NCBI GenBank assembly: GCA_000934665.2
Contig: KZ538516.1
Span: 44,449 to 64,448 of the forward strand
Reading direction: 5' to 3'
Source of the DNA: Catajapyx aquilonaris
Taxonomy: Eukaryota
DNA: 20,000 nt
The notes under the pieces: generated by a model
Told to the model about the DNA's origin: nothing
What the model saw: the letters and a program-made list of their open reading frames with translations, nothing else
Database searches by the model: none
Position numbers and translations under genes: made by a program
In this document: positions 11,465 through 20,000 of the stretch, piece by piece
Layout: every line of letters begins with the position of its first letter
Numbering within the stretch: position 1 is the first letter of the stretch

Positions 11465-11718
11465 CAAGGCGGTGCACTGTCCAAGTTAATGATCCAAGAT
11501 GGAGGCATGTGGCTGGTGTGACGGATTGGTCTCTCCTGGCCTGTGCTCCTGGCAATGTAAACGAATTCCATAAATGATTCTACATAAAAGAGGTAAACTA
11601 AGCCCCAGACCAACAAAAACCATGAGTGGGTGACTGCCACCACGGGTGGCCAATCCATCACCTCGGCCATTTCCTGCCATTTGGTATTGGATCGTTAACT
11701 TAGGAGTACACCAACCTG
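11465..11718. mobile_element. Degenerate TA-flanked MITE (Tc1/mariner-type)
   Basis: TA|caaggcggtgcactgtccaagttaatgatccaa ... ttggatcgttaacttaggagtacaccaacctg|TA. Imperfect symmetry continues inward (gtgacggattgg / ccaatccatcac). Confidence 0.7.
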
Positions 11719-11885
11719 TAAAAAAAAATACTCATAATAATAATAATAGGTCACCATATGATAGCCTTGCAGCCCCTTAGGTGCTTAAGGGATCCTGTTT
11801 TAAATAGCTGACTTAATGCACTGTTGTAGCATTTTGATAGTGGGAGGAAACAGGAGAACTCCAAAACAACCTTCGGAAAATGTCA

Positions 11886-12014
11886 CTATAGATGGGTCGG
11901 CGAACGAACGCAAGCAGATGGCCAATTTTATGACAGGTCGGAATACAGTTTGTAATGTAATTCCTGTAATAAAATTGGGCACCCGCTTGCGTTCGTTCAC
12001 CGACCCATCTATAG
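11886..12014. mobile_element. Palindromic MITE-like element, unclassified
   Basis: 52-bp arms at 11886-11937 and 11963-12014, 47/52 complementary, 25-bp spacer. Possible TA TSD around tagatggg...cccatcta. Confidence 0.7.
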
Positions 12015-12518
12015 CAGTACGATGCGATTCATGTCCAACACTGTACTGCAGTTCTTCGCATTGAAGGGAAAGGAGCCCTCAGAACAAGATGACCCTCAAC
12101 CTGGAACCTTCCATTAAATTCCAGGTGTGTAATAAATAATGTTTCAAATATTTGGCATTAAAAACAGCAATATTAGTAACTTAGCTGTCCATGGCTTATC
12201 TCTAAATAGGGGTGCCACAGATAATGAACCGCAAGACTAACTTCGTTATATCACATGGCCACATACATAAACTCTGAAATACTGGTCACATGCTTGCAGA
12301 GGAAAGGTGGGAAAGGGATTTAAATGTTATAGAACAACAGCTAACACTGCTGTCCCTGGTCACACTGCCATGCAGATGACAATGAAGAGCAGCCAAGCCT
12401 TCTCATGCTTGAACAATGTGCTGGCTGCTGACAGACTGCGCTTTTTCAGCATCGGAAAAAAGTAAGATATTTCCAACAAAGAGGAGTTGCAATCATTACG
12501 ACAAAATTTAGCCAATGC

Positions 12519-12786
12519 GGGCGACTCGGTGGCCGAGTGGTTAGCGCCGCAGCCTTCCACCTCTAAGGTCCCGAGTTCGATCCCCGGGTCGGACGGAGGA
12601 TACTTATGTGGATAGAGGTTTGATGGGTTCTCTCCGTGTTCGCGTGGGTTTTCTCGGGGCTCTCCCGTTTCCTCCCACTATCAAAATCCATCACATTACA
12701 GGCAAATGATTAAAGCCGGTCTATTAAAAGATGATCCCCTAAAAAGCCCAAGGAGGCTTATCACGGGGTATCCATTATTATTTTAA
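12519..12786 (+). mobile_element. tRNA-derived SINE with V-domain-like core and (ATT)n tail
   Basis: A-box tggccgagtgg (12530-12540), B-box gttcgatcc (12575-12583), core gttctctccgtgttcgcgtgggttttctcggggctctcccgtttcctcccac, tail attattatt. 16-bp TSD aaaatttagccaatgc at 12503-12518 and 12787-12802. Confidence 0.92.
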
Positions 12787-13322
12787 AAAATTTAGCCAAT
12801 GCCGGTCCCTTTGGCCATTCACAAACTTGATTTGCAACAAAAGACTGCTGAGCTTGACTGATTTCAGCATGGAGTCCAAACCTCAGAAGTAGACTATTTC
12901 CCACCCAAATAATAACAAAATGGATTCGTCATTTTTTATTAACAACCAATTTAACAATTATCAACTGTACAGTTAGGAGCACAACAATTTTAAGATGGTG
13001 TGCATGTGTTGCTCAACAGGGTAGGCCTTTCAAGAGACTAGGGTGTTTTTTTTCGTCCACTTGCAGGGCTCTGTAGGTTTCAGTGATATTACAAATGTAC
13101 ATGCATGTTTCATGAGTTCACATCCATATCAGTAAAACCCTACTGACACTAATTTCTGCTCACTTCTGTTGCCTCACCAGCAATAATTTTGGCGGTGAGT
13201 TACACACATCATTCGAAAAGCCCATGTAATGAGATTTTCAATGGTATGTATGATTCCACTCAAAACATGAAGGGGAGGTCACAGGGGCTACTGGAAATTA
13301 GTGCCCTGAAATGGACGAGAGC

Positions 13323-13922
13323 CAGGGCCGGATTTAGATGAAGAGAGGCCCAAGACTATGTCCACTTGTGAGGCCCTTCCCAACAATACCCCCCCCCCCC
13401 CCNCTGAGAAACCTAGGTTATTATCCCAAAATCGGCAAAAATCACTAATGTATTAAGGATTTTTTGGAAAAAGTGCTACCAATTTCATCAAATACATTAC
13501 AGCACTGTATCTCATATTGGATTTTTAATGAACGCAAATACAGGGGCCTAGGCAGAAAAAAATTCGGGAAGGGATCCATAAACCATAACTTAGGTCGGGG
13601 AGCAAGCCCGCCGCAGGCGAAATTTTTTGGGGTTCAATGTCATATGACCTTAGATGAATGTGGGAGATTTGAATGGGTGTGAAAAAGAATGGAGGTGACC
13701 GCCTCCGGCTCCCATACTTCCAACGGTGGGGAGTGAGTTATAACAATATGTGTAAGATGAGCTTGTCGGTTGAAATGATTGTGTAGAAGTGTTGGTCTGC
13801 ACAGTGGCCGTTGCTGCAGGCCAACCAAAACAACAACAACAAAAAACACCTTGGCCGGAGGCCCCCTAGCCTTCGAGGCCCTAGGCTGCAGCCTACCTTG
13901 CCTAATGGTAAATCCGGCCCTG
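13323..13922. mobile_element. Non-autonomous hAT DNA transposon (600 bp)
   Basis: Perfect 14-bp TIRs cagggccggattta / taaatccggccctg. Perfect 8-bp TSD acgagagc at 13315-13322 and 13923-13930. Confidence 0.92.
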
Positions 13923-14251
13923 ACGAGAGCTAATATAATTGTTAAAGCACACAGTATACCTTTTCAGAAACTAGCTTATGTCCTGGTAGCATTATAAGTA
14001 TACCCAGTCTCAGAGCAGCGCTCGACACAGTTGTTGAAGCTCCTGGGGAAAGGGTTCCTAGGTATCACCAATTGCAAGTTCATAAGGTGAACAGGTCGCC
14101 GGTGCCGCATTTGCAAAGTCTAGGACCAGACATCCGTATAGGAGGAGCAGAAAGGGTCTGGATGTGCAGGGGCAGTTAACTAAAGAGTTTCTCTCCCTGG
14201 AGTGGGGGGTGCCAGGTGATAATGTCTCACCTTCTTCTCTCTCCCCCCCCC

Positions 14252-14278
14252 NNNNNNNNNNNNNNNNNNNNNNNNNNN
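14252..14278. other. Assembly gap (27 N) next to a poly-C run
   Basis: N run flanked by C tracts. Single Ns also sit in poly-C runs near 9633 and 13403. Confidence 0.98.
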
Positions 14279-14531
14279 CCCCAAGAAAATTTTAAATAAT
14301 GCACAATCTTTTTGTAAAGAACCAAGTGTATAAAACTGAAGTGTAACTTTAAATTATTGTCACACAAAAAATCCACATAAACATAAACATCTTTAGGCGT
14401 ATGATTTCTTTTAGTTCTTAACCTCCATGATCTTCAATTATGCACAATGAAATAATCATTATGTTGTACATAACCAAGTGTGCGTATGTATAACTTTAAA
14501 TTGTCACAAAAATAATCCACATAAAATTACT

Positions 14532-14834
14532 TCAGGCAGACGACTGCTTGTAGTTCTTAACCTCCATGAGCTTCTTTCCACACATGGCACAGATCCCCTT
14601 TTTGTATGCACATGCCTGGCAGTAATGGGAACCAACTTGGTGAACCTTCTGACGGCATATTCGACACTCGTTGAACTTGTTGGTGTAAGGGTTGAAACGT
14701 GCCTTCTTAGATGTCAGAAGCTTGTTCTCGTTGACTTTCCGACCACCACTCTCGACGGTGTTGCGAGCCCCTGCCTTCCACGGGTCAGGTGTTATTACAC
14801 GACCGAGCTTCTTCTCACACTTCTCACAGACCAT
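14532..14834 (-). CDS. CRIPT: Cysteine-rich PDZ-binding protein CRIPT (100 aa)
   Basis: MVCEKCEKKLGRVITPDPWK...GGRKVNENKLLT...CRICRQKVHQVGSHYCQACAYKKGICAMCGKK...KNYKQSSA. Four CxxC pairs and close resemblance to human CRIPT along the whole length. Confidence 0.97.
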   Translation of the reverse strand: MVCEKCEKKLGRVITPDPWKAGARNTVESGGRKVNENKLLTSKKARFNPYTNKFNECRICRQKVHQVGSHYCQACAYKKGICAMCGKKLMEVKNYKQSSA

Positions 14835-14843
14835 GGTTAGAAG

Positions 14844-14880
14844 CTGTAAGAGTGGATATTAGAAAATCAATTAGCAACAA
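14844..14880 (-). promoter_or_regulatory. 3' splice acceptor of a CRIPT 5' UTR intron
   Basis: The minus strand reads ttgctaattgattttctaatatccactcttacag|cttctaaccATG: ctaat branch motifs and a CAG 9 nt before the ATG. Confidence 0.7.
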
Positions 14881-15135
14881 GTCATTGCAAACATTCTGCA
14901 CAAAAAAGGCAATTATTAATGTTTCACATCAATGAGGTTCAGCAAATAAAGTTACATACATAAAAAACCTGCAAATTTACATGGTAGATTCAGTTATAGG
15001 AATGGGCCCACTAATATTTCTGAGGGAAAAAATGTTGATATCAAACGTCACATTCTCATTACGTGTGTATGGATGTGCCAAGGAGTACCTTAAAAAATAC
15101 TCCCCATTCCTTATTACCCTTGCACTATGTAGTCC

Positions 15136-15376
15136 CAGGGTAACCTCCATGAGTGCCTCCCCCACCTAGACAGGGTATTGTATCTCTGACATATTGGATC
15201 TAACTCCCATTGGATCTGCATGCAGTGAAAAAATGTCCTTGACAAAAAAAATTGGACGTTTGCCAATTTCCTATCCTTCAGCATGCAATCTAGCTCCAAT
15301 ATGGCCACCCCATAAGGACTACGTGGAGACAATACCCTGGCTAGGGTGGGGGGAGGCAACCATGTAGGGGACCCTG
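15136..15376. mobile_element. hAT-type MITE (241 bp) with long imperfect TIRs
   Basis: Ends cagggt...accctg. Arms tgcctcccccacctagacagggtattgt / acaataccctggctagggtggggggaggca. 8-bp TSD tgtagtcc at 15128-15135 and 15377-15384. Confidence 0.85.
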
Positions 15377-16923
15377 TGTAGTCCCCCTTCTGTGTTGGAT
15401 GAAACTGCAGCTGAATTGGTCAAGAAAACACACCTTATTGAAATGAAAGTTAAATCTGTCAAATGCATCTGACGTCACCTATGAACTTCAGTTCTTTTCA
15501 TTTTTCAAAAGTTGTGGCATTTCACTTCTGCTTTTGAATGCAGTTGCTTTTCCAAGTTTCATCATGTGTGGAGGATGGTTAAAATCACAATAATGTCCGC
15601 AGATGGGAAAATAGTCAAACAACACTTTCCAGGTTTTCTCCAAAATTCAAGGCGTCGGTCAATCAAGTGAATCTTGGGTCACTCACGTGCATTTAGAAGC
15701 TGAATCCCCATATAAATCACACAAAATCTGGAGTGAATCTCCTAAGGTTTTGTCAGAAACTGTGACCCCCTCCCCTAACTTATTCAATTACCATCATAAA
15801 AAATGATCATATTGCAAGCCAATCTAATAAGATTTTATCAACCTAACATCTTTTGGAGGGTGGATGATAAACTTCACCCTATCCCCAAACGACTTGGATT
15901 TTTCTTCAGTAATTTCAATTATGGTGATTGTTTTTGAAAATGCTAAAAAGCATTCTCAGGAATATTCTGCAAAGTTTCCTACCCACAAATAACTCATTTC
16001 CTATATTGTGACTAATTTTGCTATGCTTTATGGGGGTTTGAATGTGGCAATACAGATCCACAAAAATTTTCATGCATTGAGAATAATATTTGATCACATT
16101 TCAGAATTAACATCAAGTCTTGCTCATATAAATGGATCGTGCATGGATATGCATGGATAGTGGATAATGGCAGTGCATAAAAGTACAAATGATTTGGCAT
16201 GCCAATAATTATAGTTCTTGATCAAAAGAAAACAGGCCATGGGAATTACTGTTGTAGACACTGGAAATTACTATTGTGGGTCACTCCACCTTTTGTCCCA
16301 GAGCGGCTGCGCCAATTGGCGGATCTGTAACACTAAGACAGTGCTAAATTCGCTCATGTGTAGACCTGTTATGTCTTGACTCCTTTCTATGAGGGATTTA
16401 GGAGGCCTACCGAGTAGGAGTATGACTGCACCGTAAGGAAAAAGTCAGCTTGATACCCTATTTGTCTCCTGGCTGGTTGTGGTATCCGTATTGATCCATT
16501 TTCTTAATCCTATCAACAACTCGAAATACTCTTTTCATGTTTTTGACAGGAAAATTGAACTCCTCATTGGTAACACACATCTGCATGCAAAATTGGCCCT
16601 TCAATATTCAGAAATCATAATGAAGAAAACTTTCGACTCTTGTGTAATATTCTGAATAATTACAAATGCTCTGTGGAAAGTTTACATGCAAATGTACATT
16701 ATCGAAACTGCCAAATTCAAACTTCTCATCAAAAATGTAGAGAGAGTTAGTAGTTGAAATTATTAATGGGATTTTTAAAAAGAGGGAGTGTAGTAGAGGC
16801 TGCTGGAAATCATGGGGGTCTATGGGGAAAAAGGGATGACAGGGTGAGTGAAAGTCAGGAAAGTAACACCTGTTGCAGCAACTCTTGGTCCACGGAAATT
16901 CCCCCACTTCTGGGAATCACTAA

Positions 16924-17098
16924 GGCCCCCTTTACATGTCAGAGGTGACTGTGGTAGGCGGGGCATCCCAGTTGAACACAAATTAGAGCTTGCTCTATTT
17001 CTGTTTGACTGGGATGCTCTCCACTCATGACGGTTGACTGATGGAACACCTGCACACTGCAAAGTCGCCTCTACAAAGTCGACAATGTAAAGGGGACC
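16924..17098. mobile_element. PIF/Harbinger (Tourist-like) MITE
   Basis: TAA|ggccccctttacat ... atgtaaaggggacc|TAA (TIR 13/14, 3-bp TAA TSD). Inner inverted pairs agaggtgac/gtcgcctct and gcatcccagt/actgggatgc. Confidence 0.78.
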
Positions 17099-17955
17099 TA
17101 ATAATCCCCAGAGTTTGGACTTGGGATAAGCAATGTCCATGGAAGCAGAAAATGAATACTGGGCTTTTATTTATACGAGGGCTGTTCAAAAAAAGACAGA
17201 ACTTTTTAAATAGCGCAACAACCGGCACATTGCGGCTACTAACAGCACCTAGCGACATGTCTTGACAACAAATTGCCATTTGCCACGTTCCGATATGACC
17301 ATTGGTCATTGAGATGCATCCACGTAAGTGAGCACTTGGACAAGCTGTTAGTTGAATTAGTGAGAAAGTGAAAATGAGAGAGTTTGAAAAATAACGTGTT
17401 TGTGTGAAATTTCACTAATAAATTGGTAAAAATTTTACAGACACATTTCAATTGCTTTACGAAGCATACTTGGGAGGGGTCTCCTCAACCAAAAGAGGCA
17501 CATATCAGTCGGTCAAAGGTCGAGGTGATGTTGGTTGTGTTTTTGGATTGGAAAGGCATTTTTATTTATGAATTTGGACCATGTTGTCAGATTGGAAGAC
17601 AAACAGTGTTGTACCAGAATGTTTTAGTGCGGTTGAGAGATTCTGTGCCCAGGAAAGGCCTAAATTGTGGGAAAGCCCGACTTTGATATTGCGCCATGCA
17701 GCGCCATGGCAATGCACCGGCTCACACATTGCTCCTCGTCATCATTATCTGTCAAGACATCATACATCCGTTGTGCCAATCTACCCTATTTCCTGACTTA
17801 GCCCCACTAGACTTTTTGCTATATTCAAAACTTAAAACCAATTTGAAATCACATCATTTCCGAACCATAGAGGCGATTTGGGACAATGCGACAAGAGCAC
17901 TGTGCGCCATCACAGAAAGTGCGTTCTAGAAAGCATTCCAACAATGGAAGAAAAA

Positions 17956-18283
17956 ACCGAAGCAGATTGGTGTAGTGGATATGGAGTCCGCCTGCTAATC
18001 GGGAGGTCCTGGGTTCGAATCCCGGGGCCGGCGACCCTGAGCGTGGTTTTCTGTGGTTTCCCACGGTCCTTCAGGATATTTCCGACCCCAGAAATATCCT
18101 GAAAGGACCGTGGGAAACCACAGAAAACCACGTCTAGTTTCCGTAACAACAGGCCACAGCCACTTCCTTCCTTCCCTATCCTATCCCAAAAAGCAAAGTA
18201 AAATGAAAGCAAAGAGTTCCAGTCAAAGCAAAAATTTCCCCCCTAAAGAGCCGCCGGCTGATAACGGGGTATGAATTATTATT
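17956..18283 (+). mobile_element. tRNA-derived SINE nested in the mariner
   Basis: A-box tggtgtagtgg (17968-17978), B-box ggttcgaatccc (18012-18023), (ATT)n tail. 15-bp TSD acaatggaagaaaaa at 17941-17955 and 18284-18298. Confidence 0.93.
18042..18132. repeat. Inverted duplication inside the SINE (41-bp stem, 8-nt loop)
   Basis: 18042-18082 and 18091-18132 are reverse complements apart from one extra base. Confidence 0.95.
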
Positions 18284-18676
18284 ACAATGGAAGAAAAATT
18301 TAAAACTGTACATCGCCAGTAGAGGGAACTAGATTCAAGGGGACAGTGCTTAAAATGTTGCAAATTAAGCAATATAGTCTGAAATAGAAAAAGTTCAGTC
18401 TTTTTTTGAACAGCCCTCTTTGTCAATCATGATAATGGTCTTACATAATACTACTGTACTTAACAAGTTTTATACAATAAAAGATTATGAATGAATATGC
18501 AGAGGACCAACAGGCAGAGTACTTTTTGGCCCAAAACAAGTCAAATATGTAGGGGGGAGAAATGTCCAGAGACCAACCCCTGACAAGGAAGACAACCAGA
18601 CACATTGGCCTGCTCTTACACACTCGGTAACACGCGACAGTTCTTTGTCGGGAGATCACGTGGCAGATGGACTCAC

Positions 18677-18721
18677 TTGCCTTGCAATGGTTGCCTACGG
18701 AACAGGATATCCTCCTGAGAC
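18677..18721 (-). other. Candidate 45-bp internal exon, possibly CRIPT 5' UTR
   Basis: The minus strand reads ttcttctcag|gtctcagg...gcaaggcaa|gtgagt. Splice signals are the only evidence. Confidence 0.35.
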
Positions 18722-19389
18722 CTGAGAAGAATTTTTTAACGCAATGTGAGTTCCTATTGCATTTTCTGAACATTTTCCCAATAAGAAACGAGAAAAAAAT
18801 TTTAGTTTTCAAATATCGACAAAAATGGTGACAAACAACCAATGAGAACATTAGGACCCAATTGGTGCTACAAAAGCAGAACGGACGAAAGCTGAAAATT
18901 TAAATGCCACTTAATGGATCACTCACATTGTGCTCTATCCTCAAAACAATGTTTTTTAAATTCATTTGTGGAATTTGTGGTAGCAATAATTCCTCTCAGA
19001 AGACAATAATTAAAGATAACAACAACAACAACACCATCACGACATTTCCCTATAAAGGGGTAGTCAGCGATGACGGGAACCACAAGCTAACCCAAAATAT
19101 AAACTAAATTAAAAATGGTAAAAATCACCCTATAAACCACCCATATAACCCCCCCCCCCTGCCCATCTCAGACAACAAACTCTCAATATTATATTTTAAA
19201 TATAAATATTACACGACTATGCAATGCGGTACTTGAGAAATCCCCCCCCCCGGAAGAGGAATCAGTAACTGTTAAATTCCTCCAAGTGACTATAATATTC
19301 TATAGATTACAGATAAATGAAAATATTTTTGAACGCCACCACTCCAGGGATGGGGCTTGCTCCTTCCCTTCTTACCCGCTAGAGTGGTA

Positions 19390-19551
19390 CAGTGCTGGCC
19401 ATATATGGAGGCAACGACTAGCGACATTTTCCCGAAGCGGCAGAAGAAGGAATCGAAGATAAGCATGCTACAAGCCGGGCGAGCAAGATTCCTTCTTCTG
19501 CCGCTTCGGAAAAATGTCGCTAGTCGTTGCCTCCATATATGGCCAGCACTG
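19390..19551. mobile_element. Young Tc1-like hairpin MITE (162 bp)
   Basis: TA|cagtgctggcc...ggccagcactg|TA. 65-bp TIRs with one mismatch, 32-bp spacer, CAGTG termini. Confidence 0.9.
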
Positions 19552-20000
19552 TACCTTGCTATTCTAGATTTTAAAATTGAACTGCATAGTGCAAAGCCCA
19601 CTTCCTTATGGGTGTATAGGTACAGGCACTTAAAGAAAAGTCACACCCATTCAGCTAAAACTGCCATTTTTCGGATGTCCATTTAAATGGGCATTTGGTC
19701 TCAGGAAGAAAAGAAAATTACCAGTTCTCTACAGCAACAAAGATTGTCACAGACACATCTTTTCGCATTTCCTAAGACACATTCCTTGCGAATCCCAGGG
19801 CATTCACTGCATTGCGAAAATCGCATTCTAAATATGAGTAAAAAAATAAAACTGATCAGATGAGCGCCTAGCTTCAGCAGCGGAATCCGCCATTTTATCC
19901 GCCATTTAAGGTGGAAATGAAGCGACTTGCTAATCAAATGAGAGTCTAGAATTGGAATGTTAATAAGAAGGGCTAAAATCAGGGAAACATACGCAACCGA

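Larger units (their letters stand above)
17374..18353 (+). pseudogene. Mariner transposase pseudogene
   Basis: Fragments RVCVKF..IGKNFTDTFQLLYEAY, SPQPKEAHISRSKVEVMLVVFLDWKGI, HGNAPAH (HDNAPxH-like), FPDLAPLDFLLYSKLK (YSPDLAPxD-like) and QWKK..IASRGN*IQGD, with stops and frameshifts. Confidence 0.9.
17176..18419 (+). mobile_element. Defective mariner transposon, internally deleted and interrupted by a SINE
   Basis: 32-bp TIRs at 17176-17207 and 18388-18419 (30/32), 5' TA present, 3' TA mutated; transposase remnants inside. Confidence 0.92.

Noticed and set aside
12519..12595. tRNA gene (also 17957-18035)
   Set aside because: The cloverleaf stems are broken, and each is followed by a SINE body and tail and bounded by TSDs.
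14478..14840. 120-aa plus-strand ORF
   Set aside because: Antisense shadow of CRIPT.
19018..19080. (AAC)5 run followed by ccc...gggg, a possible minus-strand retroposon end
   Set aside because: Too short, with no TSD and no second copy in the window.
19290..19686. Overlapping 103- and 109-aa ORFs on both strands
   Set aside because: They run through the GC-richer MITE palindrome and show no protein-family features.
1..20000. CRISPR array, operon, retron or other prokaryotic system
   Set aside because: No repeat-spacer array or gene-dense organisation; spliceosomal introns and SINEs show this is an animal genome.

Overview
Eukaryotic, intron-containing and transposon-rich DNA, most likely from an arthropod (inferred from the proteins and SINE types). 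It holds two convergent genes. (1) A + strand gene with six recognisable coding exons (about 1986-9418, about 1279 aa if ATG 1986 is the start). It encodes one N-terminal PDZ domain resembling the periaxin/AHNAK2 type, followed by a 1088-codon, low-complexity last exon. (2) CRIPT on the - strand (14532-14834), with an uninterrupted CDS and a 5' UTR intron. The rest contains about ten small mobile elements, most delimited by terminal repeats and target-site duplications (TSDs): three TA-flanked Tc1/mariner-type MITEs, two hAT elements with 8-bp TSDs, a PIF/Harbinger MITE, an unclassified palindrome, an internally deleted mariner carrying a nested SINE, and a second SINE with a V-domain-like core. 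The two SINEs have different heads and bodies but share a 3' tail, and one carries a 41-bp inverted duplication. I found no prokaryote-style system and no convincing wholly new system. The best leads are the periaxin-like PDZ scaffold and the SINE architecture. All homology calls come from remembered motifs, not database searches.
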